Positions 1 to 11,904 of a stretch of 64,000 nucleotides of DNA are shown in pieces. Under the pieces are notes generated by a model, which searched no databases, was not told where the DNA came from, and worked only from the letters and a program-made list of their open reading frames with translations. Source of the DNA: Glaucostegus cemiculus (lineage: Eukaryota); NCBI GenBank assembly GCA_976551045.1, contig CDPCPM010000125.1, positions 62,001-126,000 on the forward strand, given 5' to 3'. Positions within the stretch are counted from its first letter, which is position 1. Each line of letters opens with the position of its first letter. The position numbers were made by a program, and so were the translations under genes.

Positions 1-626
1 AAGTGGAGGTTCGCTTCTACCGGCATCGACTGTTGATGGAGGTGAAGAGACTAGAACTCCAGAGGAGCTTTAGACAAGGAAAGTTTGAGGGCCTATAATT
101 TGAAGGTGAACATTGTCAGAAGGCAGAGAAGATATCACAAGCAAGATTATTGGATGCGAGGAAGCGTGGCATGCACAGCCAGGGCGAACTCATATAATCA
201 TCAGAAATCAGTAACACGTGCGGCCGTGATAACAGAGGAACAGTGAAATGTGCTCCAGCTACGGAGGCTGCACTCGATTGGAGAAAAGGATAAATCTCTG
301 ACTGGAATATGAATCGAGGATTTTTGAGGACAGCCAGTCAGTGTCGAGATGAGGATTTGACAAGAGCAGGTTCCTTGACTGTGTTTGATGAAAGAAAGAG
401 TGATTGAGATCCAGCCTGAGACAGATTTTCATGACAGGCTGCTTTGCACTCGGGCTGCTGTTCTCACACGACAATTGTATACCAGAGGAACTGCTGGGGG
501 GTGTGGGGGCGGGGGGGGTGGGGTGGAGGGGGGTGGTGGACAAAAGCCTTTTCCATGGTTGATTGGATATAAATCAATCTTGGCATATAAAGCATTCTTG
601 GTCTGCGTGCGTTTGATTTGTCAGTT

Positions 627-698
627 TCCCTGGTGGTCTAGTGGTCAGGATTGGGCGCTCTCACCGCTGCGGCCCGGGTTCTTTTCCCGGCCAGGGAA
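627..698 (+). pseudogene. tRNA-Glu(CTC) pseudogene
   Basis: tRNA-Glu body with broken B box (GGTTCTTTTCC) and anticodon-stem changes. Confidence 0.8.
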
Positions 699-1901
699 GT
701 GTGTTTTGGCAACTGGAATATGTCGGAATCTTCGGACCTGCAGCCACTGGTCCAGTATCAGCTCTGCTGACACAGTGCTTCTGCCGGCAGAATGATCAAG
801 GTATCTTCCACTTCGCTGTGAAGCTACGGGACATGCTAGCAAATACTGGAATGCACAAGTCGAGTTGATTTTTATCAACTTTGAGCAAACAGAAACGGGC
901 ACTGATCTCAGCCATGAATGAAGTGTGACGCCAATGAGTCGGCTCAAGCGGAGAGATGTCACTGGAAGTACGGCTGATCAGAGGGTACAATCTGACTTGG
1001 TTGCTTTGCGAAGCTGCACACTGCTTCAGACCCCTAAGCCGATGTCTTGTAAAAGGAGCCCATCCACAGTAAATCAGCCTGTCCCCCGAGATTTACTTCC
1101 GAATTCATCTGACGAAACCAAGCAATCCAACGGAACCCAGGGCGACGGGGTACAGTGCACCCAACAGCGGAAATGTAACGCCTGCTCATGGTACATCTGG
1201 AACGGCTCGGCGGCAGTGCTTGCAGCCATGCCGGCCTGGGGCCCTGCATGGTGTGTGTGTGCCATTTCAGATCGGGTCAATTGGAGATTGTCAGCAGACG
1301 GCGTCGACATCTGGTGAATGTTAATTGAATAAACATCGTCTGTGCCCGTCAGTTTAAGTGAAGCAAAATTTATAAATTGAATTATAGCTAATCTCGGGGA
1401 GAAGATAGAAAGTATAACAGAAGAAAGATCTTTGATTTTCGAAAGGTGACTTAATCGGATACGGCCATTTGAAATAAAACCGGAATGGGCCTGTCCGTAA
1501 CATGAAAGAAATGCATGGTGTTTGTTCAACTGCGCATGCATCGCAGCAGTTGAATGAAGCAGCAGCAATGAAGAAGGCAGGGTAAAGTGCTGATGAGCTT
1601 GACGTGAAGATATGGGAAAAGGACGATTCTCTCAGTTGATTGTCAATGGTAGTTGGCTGAGGCGATATTGGCGACTGAGGATTCCAGCGAAGCACCTTTG
1701 ACCCTTGTATATGTTGAGAATGGAGGTGGCTTCGCTTGCCGCTTGAGTGAAACGATGAGATCAGTGTCCATTTGGCCGGGGCGAATTTAGCTGCCTGTAC
1801 GTCTGCCGGGACTTGAAGAGAAAATCATTTTGGATAATTATTTTCTGATTTGTGAGCTTGGCAAACAGAATATTGGTGAGCTGTGTTGATTTCAGTCAGA
1901 T

Positions 1902-1973
1902 TCTCTGGTAGTCCAGTGGTCAGGGTTCGACGCTTTCACCGCCGCGGCCCGGGTTCGATTCCCGGTCAGGGAA
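1902..1973 (+). pseudogene. tRNA-Glu(TTC) degenerate copy
   Basis: Full length with intact B box but several acceptor, D-arm and anticodon-stem substitutions. Confidence 0.75.
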
Positions 1974-2866
1974 GTAAGTTTTGAAAGCTGCGACAAGAAG
2001 TAAGTTTGAGAACCTTCATCTGCAGCACAAACCAGCGACATATCAATCAACGTCTCTCTGGATACAGTGAACACGGCCTCCTCCACCGAGTGAGCAGGCT
2101 ACCTTCCAGGAATCAGGCTTCCTTGACTGTAAATCAGTGGCAGAGTTGATAGAATTTACCCCAAGATGAATAACGTCCCATCCAACTCGTATCCGTCGAC
2201 CTCATCTTTCAATCAGTCAGCTGCACTCGCGACCCATTAGATAGTCCCTAAATAACAGAGTCAATCGAAGGCGATTGTATTTTGTAAAGAAACAGGAGTA
2301 CAGATTGAAAGAGTTGAGCGCTATCCACGTCAAGGTGAAGATTGTTAGAAGGCAGAGAAGATATCACAGTCATGACTAATGCACGCTTGGGGGCGTGGGA
2401 TAAACAGCTACAGTGAACTCAAATCATCAATCATCAGAAATGTGTATGTGGCGTGAAAGGAATGCATGTACTTCTATCGGTTTTGTCAGCAAAATGTGAT
2501 GCGGCCGTGAAGAATATAGAAAGAGCAAAATGTTCTCTAGCGACAGAGGTTGCATTCAATTTAGAAAAGGAAAATTCCCTGACTGGAATGTAAAGCGTAG
2601 ATTTTTGGGGAAAGCCAGTCAGTGTCGAGATTAGGATTTGTCAAGAGCATGTTCCTTCACTGTGTGTTTTTTTTGAAAGACAGAGTGATTGAGAAACAGC
2701 CTGAGCCATATTTTCATGGCAGGACGCTTTGCAGTCAGGCTGCTGTTCTCGCACGACCACTATTTTGCCCGAGGAGCTGCTGGGAGGTGGATAGAAAGCC
2801 TTTTCTGTGGTTGGCTGGATAGAAATGAAAGCCGTTCTTGTTCTGCGTGCGGTATGTTCATCAGGT

Positions 2867-2932
2867 TCCCTGGTGGTCTAGTGGTTAGGATTCGGCGCTC
2901 TCACCGCCGCGGTTCGATTCCCGGCCAGAGAA
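2867..2932 (+). pseudogene. tRNA-Glu(CTC) pseudogene
   Basis: 6-nt deletion at the variable loop/T stem. Confidence 0.8.
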
Positions 2933-3886
2933 GTGTGTTTTGGCAACTGGTACCAGTCAGAATCTTGGGAGCAAGCAGCCACTGGTCCACCGTCAGATTT
3001 GTTGACACAGGTCTTCTGCCGCCTTAATGAACAAGGTATGTTCCACGTCGCGGTGAAGCTCCTGGACAGGCAAGCGGGTATTAGAATGCATCAGTCGAGT
3101 TGATTTTTATCCACTTTGACAAAATAGAAACTCGCTCAAACCTCAACCATGAATGAGGTGTGATGCCAACGAGACGTCGTAAGCGTAGAGATGTCACTGG
3201 AAGTATGGCTGATCAGCGGCACAAATTAACTGCGCTGCTTTGTCTGCGCATCTGCAGGCTGCTTCCGACTCCTGAGCCGAGATCTTGGAAAAGGGAATCT
3301 TTTCACGGTAAATCAGGCTTTGCCCTGAGAATTCCTCAGAAACGATAGGGGTAAACCACGCAAAGGACAATGGTGTCCAGTGCACCCAATAGCGGGAAAT
3401 GTAACGCCTGCTAATGCTATATCTGGAACGGCTCGGCGGCAGTTCTTGGCCTGCCGGCCTGGGGCCCTGCACAGCGGAAAGGGCCTGTCCTTAACATGAA
3501 AGATATGCATGGTGCAGTTTCACCTGTTCATGTACAGTAGGTATCTCAGCAATGAAGACGGCAGGGCAAACGTGCTGATGATCTTGAGGTGAAGATGTGG
3601 GAGAAGGAAGATGGTCTCAGTTGTTTATCAATGGTAGTTGGCTGGGACGATATTGGCGACTGAGGATTCCAGCAAAGCAACTTTAATGCTTGTGTATGTT
3701 GAGAGTGGAGGTGTCTTCGCTTGCAACTTGAGTGAATAGATGAGATTTGCGACAATTTGACTGGGGTGAATTCAGCTGCCTGTACGTCTGCTAGGACGTG
3801 TTGAGATAATCATTTTGAATAGCTGTTTTCTAATTTGTGAGCATAGCAAAGAGAATCTTGCTGAGCTGTGGTGAATTCAGACAGAT

Positions 3887-3958
3887 TCCCTGGTGCTCTT
3901 GTGGTTAGGATTCGGCGCTTTCACCGCCGTGGACCGGGTTCGATTCCCGGTCAGGGAA
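3887..3958 (+). pseudogene. tRNA-Glu(TTC) degenerate copy
   Basis: A box/D arm mutated (G10C, A14T); rest near canonical. Confidence 0.7.
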
Positions 3959-4841
3959 GTAAGTTTTGGAAACTGCGACGTGATTACTTCCAGTGTCTTC
4001 ATCTGCACCACAAACCAGCGATATATCAATCAACGTCTCTTCTGGATGCAGTGAGCACGGCAGCCTCCACCGAGTGAGCCTGGTAGCTTGCAGGGAACTG
4101 CATTCCCTGGATGTAAATGAGCAGCTGAGTTGATAGAATTTGCTCAAAGATCAACCAGCTCTCATATCACTCATATCTTTCGCCCTCAGCTTTCAATCAG
4201 TTAGCCGTAGTCGCGACCCATTAGACAGTCGCTAATTAACAGAGTAAATCTTACGTGCTTGTGACTTGGAAGGAAACAGGTGCACAGATTGAAAGACTTG
4301 AGGGCCAGCAATGTGAATGTGGATATTGTCAGACGGCAGAGAAGATATCGCAATTATGATTAATGGGTAACTGGAGGCGTCGGGTAAGCAGCCACGGTGA
4401 ACTCAAATCATCAACCATCAGAAATATCAACATGACGTGAAAGGAATGCCTGTCCTTTTTTCATTTTTGGAAGCAAAGTGTGATTCGGCCCCTCAGATAA
4501 ATGAGTGAAATGTTCTCTAGCTCAGGAGGTTTCATTGGATTGGAGAGCAGGATAAATGTGAATGACTAGAATGTGAATGAAAATATTTTGAGCACAGCCA
4601 GTGTCGAGATGGGGATTTGACAAGAGCATGTTCCTTCGCTGTGTTTGTTTGTAAAAAAAGTGTGATTGAGAAACAGCTTGTGACCGATTTTCATGCAGGT
4701 TGCTTTGCACTCGGGCTGCTGTCCAGGCAAGACAATTATATTACCTGAGGATCTGCTGGGAAGTGGAGAGAAATCCCTTTCTATGGTTGTCTGGATATAA
4801 ATGAAAGCCATTCTTGGTCTGCGTGCGTTGTATTGTCAGGA

Positions 4842-4914
4842 TACCCGGTTGTCTAGTGGTGAGGATTCGGCGCTCTCACCGCCGCGGCCCAGGTTTCGAT
4901 TCCCGTCCAGGGAA
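4842..4914 (+). pseudogene. tRNA-Glu(CTC) pseudogene
   Basis: Acceptor and T-stem mismatches, 1-nt insertion. Confidence 0.78.
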
Positions 4915-6115
4915 GCTTGTTTTGGCAACTGGAACCAGTCAGAATCTTCGGAACCAGCAGACACTAGACCAGCATCAGATTTGCTGACACAGGGCTTCTA
5001 CTGGCAAAATGAACAAGGTACCTTCCAGTTGGTTGTGAAGATCCTGGACAGACAAGCGAGATTCAGAATTCATAAGTCGCGTCGATTTTTATCCATGTTG
5101 ACCAAATAAAAACTCGTACTGTTCCCAGCTGTGAATGAGGTGTGATGCCACATAGTAGTAGCAAGCGTAGAGATGCCACTGGCCGTGCGGCTGATCAGCG
5201 GGCACAATAAACTGGTTTGCTTGGTCTTCGAATCTGAAGGCTGCTTCGGACTCCTGAGCCGAGTTCTTTCAAAAGGAAGCCTTTTCACGGTAAATCAGGC
5301 TGTGCCCTGAGAAGTCCTTCAGAAAACATTGGGCTAATCCGCGCAATCCCAAGGGACCAAAGCCCAATGTTGTCCAGTGCACACAATAGCGGGAAATGTA
5401 ACGCCTGCTCATGCTATATCAGGAACGGCTTAGCGGCAGTTCTTGCAGGCGTGCCGGCCTGGGGCCCTGCTTGTTTTGTGCCACTTCGGTTCGGGCAATT
5501 GGAGATTGCCAGTTGATGGCCTCGACACATGGTGAACGATCATTGAATAAACAACGACTGTGCCGGCCAGTTTAAGACAACAAGCAAAATTCATAAATTG
5601 ACTTGAAGGAAATCTCGGGGAGCAGGTAGAAAGTGCAGCGGAAGGAAGAGTTTTGATTGTCGAAAGGTGACATAATCAGAAACGGCCGTTTGAAAAAAAA
5701 ATCAGCGGAAAGGGCCAGTCCGTAACATGAATGAAATGCATGGCGTTGATTCAACTGCGCATGTACATAAGGTATCGCAGCAATGAAGAAGTAGGGCAAG
5801 CGTGCTGATGATGTTGAGGTGAAAAGTGGTAAAAGGAAGATTGTCTCAGTTGATTGTAAATGGTAGCATCTTGAGACGATATTGGCCGCTGAGGATTCCA
5901 GCCAGGCAGCTTTGACGCCTGTGTATGTTGAGAATGGAGGTGGATTCGCTTGCAGCTTGAGTGAAAAGATGAGATCAGTGTCCATTTGGCTGGGGTGTAT
6001 TTAACTGCCTGTACGTTTGCTGGGACGTGATGAGAGAATCATTTTGAATACTTGTTTTCTGATTTGTGAGCTAGGCAAATAGAATGTTGGTGAGCTGTGG
6101 TGATTTCAGACAGAT

Positions 6116-6199
6116 TCCCTGGTGGTCTAGTGTCGAGGCGCATTAGGGTGTTCTAGTGCTTTCACAGCCGCGGTCCGGGTTCGATTCCCGGTCAGGCAA
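6116..6199 (+). pseudogene. tRNA-Glu(TTC) pseudogene with D-arm insertion
   Basis: D arm replaced by a longer sequence compared with the paralog at 43404. Confidence 0.78.
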
Positions 6200-7066
6200 G
6201 TATGTTTTGAGGCTATGACAAGTGATAACTTTCGGAATCTACATCTGCACCAGAAACCAGTGATATATCAGTCAACGTCTCTTCTGGAGACAGTGAGCAC
6301 GGCATATTCCACAGAGTGAGCCAGCGAGCTTGCAGGAAACAGACTTCCCTGCCTGTAAGTCAGTAGCTGAGTTGATAGAACTTGCTCATAGATGAACCAG
6401 CTCTTATCCCACTAGTATCCGTCGCCCTCATCTCTCAATCAGTCAGCTGCAGTCGCCACCCATTTGACAGTCGCTAAATAACAGAGTAAGTCTCGAGTGC
6501 TTGTGACTTGGAAAATAAGAGACGCACAGATTGAAACTTGAGGGCTAAGAATTTCAAGGTGAATATTGTCAGTTGGCAGATCATAATGAATGGATTACTG
6601 GTGGCGTGGGGTAAACAGCCACGCTGAATCCAAATCATCAGACATCAGAAATCTCCACATGACGTGAAAGGAATGCGTGTCCTTTCGTGTTTGGAATCAA
6701 AACGTGATGGGGCCGCGTTGAAAAAAAATAAAGAGTGAAATATTCTCCAGCTACGGAGGTTGCATGCGATTAGATAGCATGACAAATCTCTGACTGGAAT
6801 GTGAGTCGAAGATTTTTAATGATCGCCTGTCAGTGTCGAGATGAGGATTTGACAAGTGCTTGATCCTTGACTGAGTTCGAAATATTGATTGAGAAACAGC
6901 CTGAGACAGATTTTCATGGCAGGATGCTTTGCACTCGGGCTGCTGTTCTCGCACGACCACTGTCTTGCCCGAGGAACTGCTGCGAGATGGATAGAAAGCC
7001 TTTTCCGTGGTTGGCTGGATATAAATGAAAGCCAGACTTGGTCTGCGTGCGTTTTATTTATCAGGT

Positions 7067-7112
7067 TCCCTGGTGTTCTAGTGGTTAGGATTCGGTGCTC
7101 TCACCGCAGCGG
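7067..7112 (+). pseudogene. 5' fragment (46 nt) of tRNA-Glu(CTC), left junction of the GPCR cassette
   Basis: Homology ends in the variable loop; no T arm. Confidence 0.82.
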
Positions 7113-7214
7113 AGGAAGAGAGGTAATTTTCTCTGATTTAATGTTAGATCCTTTGATAGCTTTTCAGATGGCATTGGGACCCTGACTGGTTTCACATCGA
7201 CATAGATTGTTACT

Positions 7215-7610
7215 AATATAGAAAACCGAGCAAAACCACAGAAACATCACAGGAGGAGATCAGTCTAGAGCTCGGCCCGCTCCGCTCTTCAATAAGATCA
7301 CGCCGATGCTGCCTTCGCCTCAGCTCCGAATTGTATCTCATTCCACGTGCTCCTTGCCTCATTTCTGACGTCAAAGTCCAGCAGTCTCCACCCTGAGTTT
7401 ATTCAGAGTTTCATCTCCACAGATATCAGGAGTAGAGAAATGCAAAGTGCCGCAACACTCTGAAAGAACCACCCCCACCCCTCCCTCATCCGTGTCTTCA
7501 TTAGGCGATGTATTATATTAGAAGCGAGCCCTGTAGTTCAGGATACTCACTGGAGGAGACCTTCACTCAGCATCAGTCCCGCTCAGAATCTTCATTATTT
7601 GCAGAAAATT
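7215..7610 (-). mobile_element. Old CR1-type 3'-end remnant upstream of the receptor gene
   Basis: Resembles the reverse complement of CR1 3' ends (gctccgctcttcaataagatca; ctccacag..gtagagaaat). Recognised from memory only. Confidence 0.5.
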
Positions 7611-8598
7611 TTTCTCTCAGTCTCCCAAGTTGCGGTAAGTTTTGTCCCAAAATGTTCGCCCTTGCTCTCTATGCCAACCCCTTCATGTGGGAATCATCAC
7701 GGTGAACCTCGGCACTGCTGCAGCACAGGAAAACCGCGCCTCATGTATGAGATAACCCCCCCCACTTGCGAAGTTCTCTTCTCCCGTTTACTGCCCCACC
7801 CCCATATCACTTGTTGAGGGAAGATGAGAATGTAAGTACATGGAGGAGTAGTGGGCCGCACGGCCGATCAAGGCTGTTCCGCACTGAATATCATCGTTCC
7901 TCCCAATGGGAACCCGCCTCATGAAATATCCTTGTACGGAGATCAATCCCTGAACCAGGGAGAGATTGAAAACTATAACAATCAAATCAATAACAGTAAG
8001 AGCCAGGTCGGGAGCGGTGACCTTCCCTCAATCTCTAACCTTAACCAGCGTTGTCCACACAATTTCTCATCCGCAATCAAACACTCGGTTGTTGGGCTTA
8101 GTCTCATTCATTTGAAAGTGTAGTTTCTTCACTGATCCACACATTGTACAGAACGGCGGGAAACTTCACCAACACACTTTGCGAACGGCAGGTTCTCATG
8201 CAGAAGTTCCACTGCAATATTTATTCGCTGTTGAGTCAGTCTGAAGCTGCCATCAGCCGCCGTGTGTCGAGCGGTAAATGCCGAGGCCGTCTCCCACTTG
8301 CAACTCCGTTTCTCCGGAGATCGAGAAATTCCACTCGCTTTCCGAGGTCTTTGTTTCTCTACTGCTTCACCGCACGTAATAACTACTCAATGAGAGCTGG
8401 ACAGAAAAGAGTTAATGCCATTTGTTTGTTCAGTGTGTGTGACAAATCAGTGACACCAATTCCATCCAGAGAGGTTTGCTCTGCTATTAATAGAGGCGCC
8501 TGTCCAACGTGTCCTCCCAGCGCGTCAGCGAGAGCTTCCCCACTTCAACCCGGAGAATCATCAAGCTCCAAACACGGGGAATTGTTGTCGATGAAACA

Positions 8599-8677
8599 AT
8601 GTCGCTTGATATCTATTCTTTCTCGGATTATTTTGAGAAATTATACTTCCCCGTGCTCGCTTCCATCGCTGTTCCAG
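8599..8677 (+). CDS. GPR139/142-like class A GPCR copy 1, coding exon 1 (MSLDIYSFSDYFEKLYFPVLASIAVP + 1 nt)
   Basis: ATG at 8599. Donor CAG|GTATGC at 8677/8678, phase 1. Joins exon 2 in frame to give TM1 'ASIAVP-VNAVTIVILS'. Conserved in all four copies. Confidence 0.85.
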
Positions 8678-9061
8678 GTATGCACCTGTAATGGGAGTAT
8701 TAAATCCGCAGAACATGACTTGTTCCGTCACCGTTCATTTAACTCGTTCTCAGTGGATATGGATATTAGATCCACGTTCCGTACTCGGCCTGGCGGACCT
8801 TTAACTGTTAGTTTTATACTGCAGAGGTTTCAGTTAGTTATCAGTTCAGTAAATTTCAGGTCCTCGGTTTCCTGCACCTCATTAATGTCCGTTAAGATGA
8901 AGATAATCGGTCGCTTCTTTAAAGTAACTGGGAACGAAAACTCCGCTCAAAACGGGAAAAGGTCCCAGTCTGGCGGCTGCGCCATCGGACGTCAGTGAGA
9001 GCGTCTCGCTGGTACCTGGAGAATCGGCAGCTTCAAAACACACTGGGGCTCACACTCACAT

Positions 9062-9137
9062 CCTGTCTTTGTCTCTGTCTGTCTGTCTGTCTCTGTCTGC
9101 CTGTCTGTCTGTCTCTGTCTCTCACACACACACACAA
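9062..9137 (+). repeat. (TCTG)n/(CA)n microsatellite in the GPCR intron
   Basis: Directly visible. The paralogous positions in copies 3 and 4 are N-runs (40300-40548, 46328-46535). Confidence 0.85.
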
Positions 9138-10704
9138 ACAAGAAAACATTCTCAGATGTAAACAGACGCAGACCCCGAATGTGTTTTTGTTCAGTTCATT
9201 CAGTGTCCGTGCACCTGCCTGTCACAAACACCTCCTGATTTTTGCGGGACGTTACCTTCACTTACCTCGATGTGAATCTTGTGAAGTCGTTATTCTGCTC
9301 GGAATTGAATGAATTCCAACTCCAAAGTCTCGCCCCTTCCCTCACACCACCGTTCTATTTTTTTATAATGTGAAGGGAATTGGTTGAGTTTCCGAAGTAA
9401 AAGCGAGCCCACAGTTCCTATTCCGCTCGACGTAGGCAGTGAGGCACTAGTTTGGTTCTGTGGAGCTCAGAGAAATGTCAAAATATTTCACTCAGTCTTC
9501 TGGTCCGACCGCACGGATCACGTTCCTCCAGTGAGGATGAATATTTCTCCCGATGCTCTCACATTACAAGCACGGATGTGTAGTCTGTCAGAGAGCAAGT
9601 CACTGCGCTGTTCGTTCTCACTGTTCTTTTCCGATCGTTGGCAGAAATCATCTCTGTCAGCCTAAAATTATCCATGTCAATTTCGTCTCCACTGTGAATT
9701 TGACCGTGTGACTCTAGTGTGTGTGTGAGGAATCCCGGGGTTTTCCAAGGTTCACCGCCGCCCGGTTCAAACAGACCCTGAGTGACGGTAATGTTACAAC
9801 AGCTCTGGTTGTTGCAGTGATACCGTTGGGATGTCTCCGATGTTAAGAGCTCGACTGTGATTTACGTTGGAAAATGACAACACAATTGAAACATCTTCTG
9901 TAATTTAAGGTCCCGCCGCTAGGCGACCATTTCCCATTCGAGAACCAAAGACAAGTACCCCGGTACGAAAAAAAAAATTGTTGGGAACTCGCATCAGGTC
10001 AAGAAGCGTCACTGGAAGATGAATCCGAGTTAACGTTTCAGGCTGAAAGTGTGAACTCTGTTTCTCTTTCTGCTGACGCGACCTCGACTGCTCAACGTTT
10101 GCGGCATTTGTGTTTTAGTCTGATCGTGCGTTTTTAGGTCTATAATTTGAGGGGGTCTTGAGAGAAATGAACATGTTATGAGTGGTCACGGACAAGAAGC
10201 AGAAACGTTGTCTAATTCCCCGGACTCACGCAGGGTCACCGGGTGATGAGCAGAAACAGCAACCTCAGCTGATGTCCCCACACTGACCCAGGGACATGGG
10301 CAATGATCAGAAGCGGTGAATTTCCCTCAATCACTGACATTACCTGTGTACGCCGAGGTGTCTTCTGTTCCCAGCAGTGAACTCTTGGCTCTCGATCTCC
10401 GTGTACCTGTTGTACTTTATGGTTCTATCAAGTGAAAGGTGAATAAGCGGCAGACAGCGACATCAGTCGGTCCCGCTGGAACGGCTCTTTCTCATCTGCA
10501 GTGTCATCTCCAACATTAAATACCATTCACTGATTTCCAGTCTGATCAGTGATCCCGTGTCCAAGGGGTAACCCGCCAATATTTTCACTATTTCTCTGTG
10601 TCACTGGCCGAGGAACAGAGGCGAACATGAAAGGTAATACTCAGTCAAACGAGTAACTGCGTTTCATGTTGTTGTACAAATGCAGTTTGTATTTCTCTTC
10701 TCAG

Positions 10705-11603
10705 TCAATGCCGTGACCATCGTGATCCTGTCGCGGGGGAAGTGCGGTCTCTCCAAGTGCGTCACTCGCTACCTGGTGGGCATGGCAGTGACGGACCTGC
10801 TTGTCACTGTCCTCGACCTGATACTGCGGCACATCCCAACTGCTTACTGGCAACAGTTTTCATTCCTGTTTTACTCCCGCGGGTGTCAGACGCACGCCTT
10901 CCTGCTGAAAGTGTCCACGGACTGTTCTGTCTGGTTCACCATCGCGTTCACCTTTGATCGGTTCGTGGCAATTTGTTGCAAGAAGCTGAAAACAAAATAT
11001 TGCACCGAGAGAACGGCGGCCGTAGTTCTGGGGACAGTGACTGTGCTGAGCTGTTTCAAGGACATCACCTGGTATTTTCTGCTCGCGGATGAATATAGTT
11101 TAATTGAAGACCCAAAGATCTGTTTTTCCTCGGCCAATACTTTGTTTTCAGAGGTCTGGGGAATGATTGAGCTCCTCCACTATATCCTCACCCCTGTGGT
11201 CCCATATGTCCTGGTTCTGCTGCTGAATGTTTTAACCATCAGACACATTTCAGTGGCGAGCAGAGCCCGCAGGAGACTCCGGGGTTCCTGCAGCGTGGAG
11301 GGTGTCAGAGACCCGGAGATGCAGAACCGCAGGAAATCAATGGTTTTACTGCTGCTTATCTCGGCTAATTTCATCCTTTCATGGCTGATGCTCATCCTGT
11401 ACAATGTGTGGCGGGAATTGTATTGGTTTTGGATCGCTGTGCCTCCGCCTTACTGGTTACAACAAATGGGATTCTGGTTCCAGCTGCTGAGTTGTTGCAC
11501 GAACACTCTGATTTATGCCGTGACCCAGACTAAGTTCCGGCAGCAGCTAAAGCTTGTGCTGAGATTTCCCCGAACTCTCGTTGTAAAATGCATCGGAAGG
11601 TAA
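10705..11603 (+). CDS. GPR139/142-like class A GPCR copy 1, exon 2 (intact; spliced protein 325 aa)
   Basis: Polypyrimidine acceptor tttctcttctcag|TC. Seven hydrophobic segments. Motifs: N1.50, MAVTD (D2.50), TM3 Cys plus ECL2 Cys, FTFDRFVAIC, TPVVPY, FILSW, SCCTNTLIY. Stop TAA at 11601-11603. Confidence 0.9.
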
Positions 11604-11612
11604 CGGGACCGG

Positions 11613-11618
11613 AATAAA
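11613..11618 (+). promoter_or_regulatory. Candidate poly(A) signal of GPCR copy 1
   Basis: AATAAA about 10 nt after the stop. Kept in copy 4 (49007-49012), mutated in pseudogene copy 2. Confidence 0.45.
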
Positions 11619-11904
11619 CCACAGCAGCAGAACTCGTCCACGTCTCGTATTCTCACTGTCCCTGTCCTACAGTCTGCGCTGCCCGCTGCGCCACGCTCTC
11701 ATAATGTAGATTCACACTCACACGGTGCCAACCATCTCAGGAGTCAACATTATTCCGTGACACGGTGCACAGCCTGCGGGCTGTGTTTACTGGGGAAATG
11801 CGCTCTCCCGATTTTGAGCAATCGCTGCCCCGCGTCCGTGCCTCTCCGGTACCCGCCTATGTGCGTCTCCACAGTCCTCATTTTGTTTCTCATTGTCCCT
11901 TCGG

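Larger units (their letters stand above)
1..7112 (+). repeat. tRNA-Glu tandem block 1 (~2.0-2.2-kb unit: CTC gene, spacer, TTC gene, spacer)
   Basis: Spacer sequences recur in register; CTC copies start at 627, 2867, 4842 and 7067. Confidence 0.88.

Noticed and set aside
1590-1680. Possible C/D box snoRNA in the spacer (TGATGA...CTGA)
   Set aside because: No terminal stem, imperfect C box, boxes not consistently retained among copies, and not adjacent to the tRNA 3' end.
5572-5985. Recurrent minus-strand ORFs in the tRNA spacer (MDTDLIFSL...)
   Set aside because: They recur only because the spacer is repeated; frames and stops differ among copies and no domain is recognisable.
627-7112. tRNA-derived SINE or CRISPR-like interpretation of the repeats
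   Set aside because: Copies are full tRNA bodies with T-run terminators in kb-long homologous spacers. There are no TSDs or tails and no unique short spacers or cas genes.
8144-8998. 284-aa ORF overlapping GPCR exon 1
   Set aside because: Non-ATG start, no recognisable domain, interrupted by stops in the three paralogs; the real exon is in another frame.
10680-10704. Single-exon start of the GPCR ORF (MQFVFLFS)
   Set aside because: This is the intron polypyrimidine tract and acceptor; TM1 is completed by the upstream exon.
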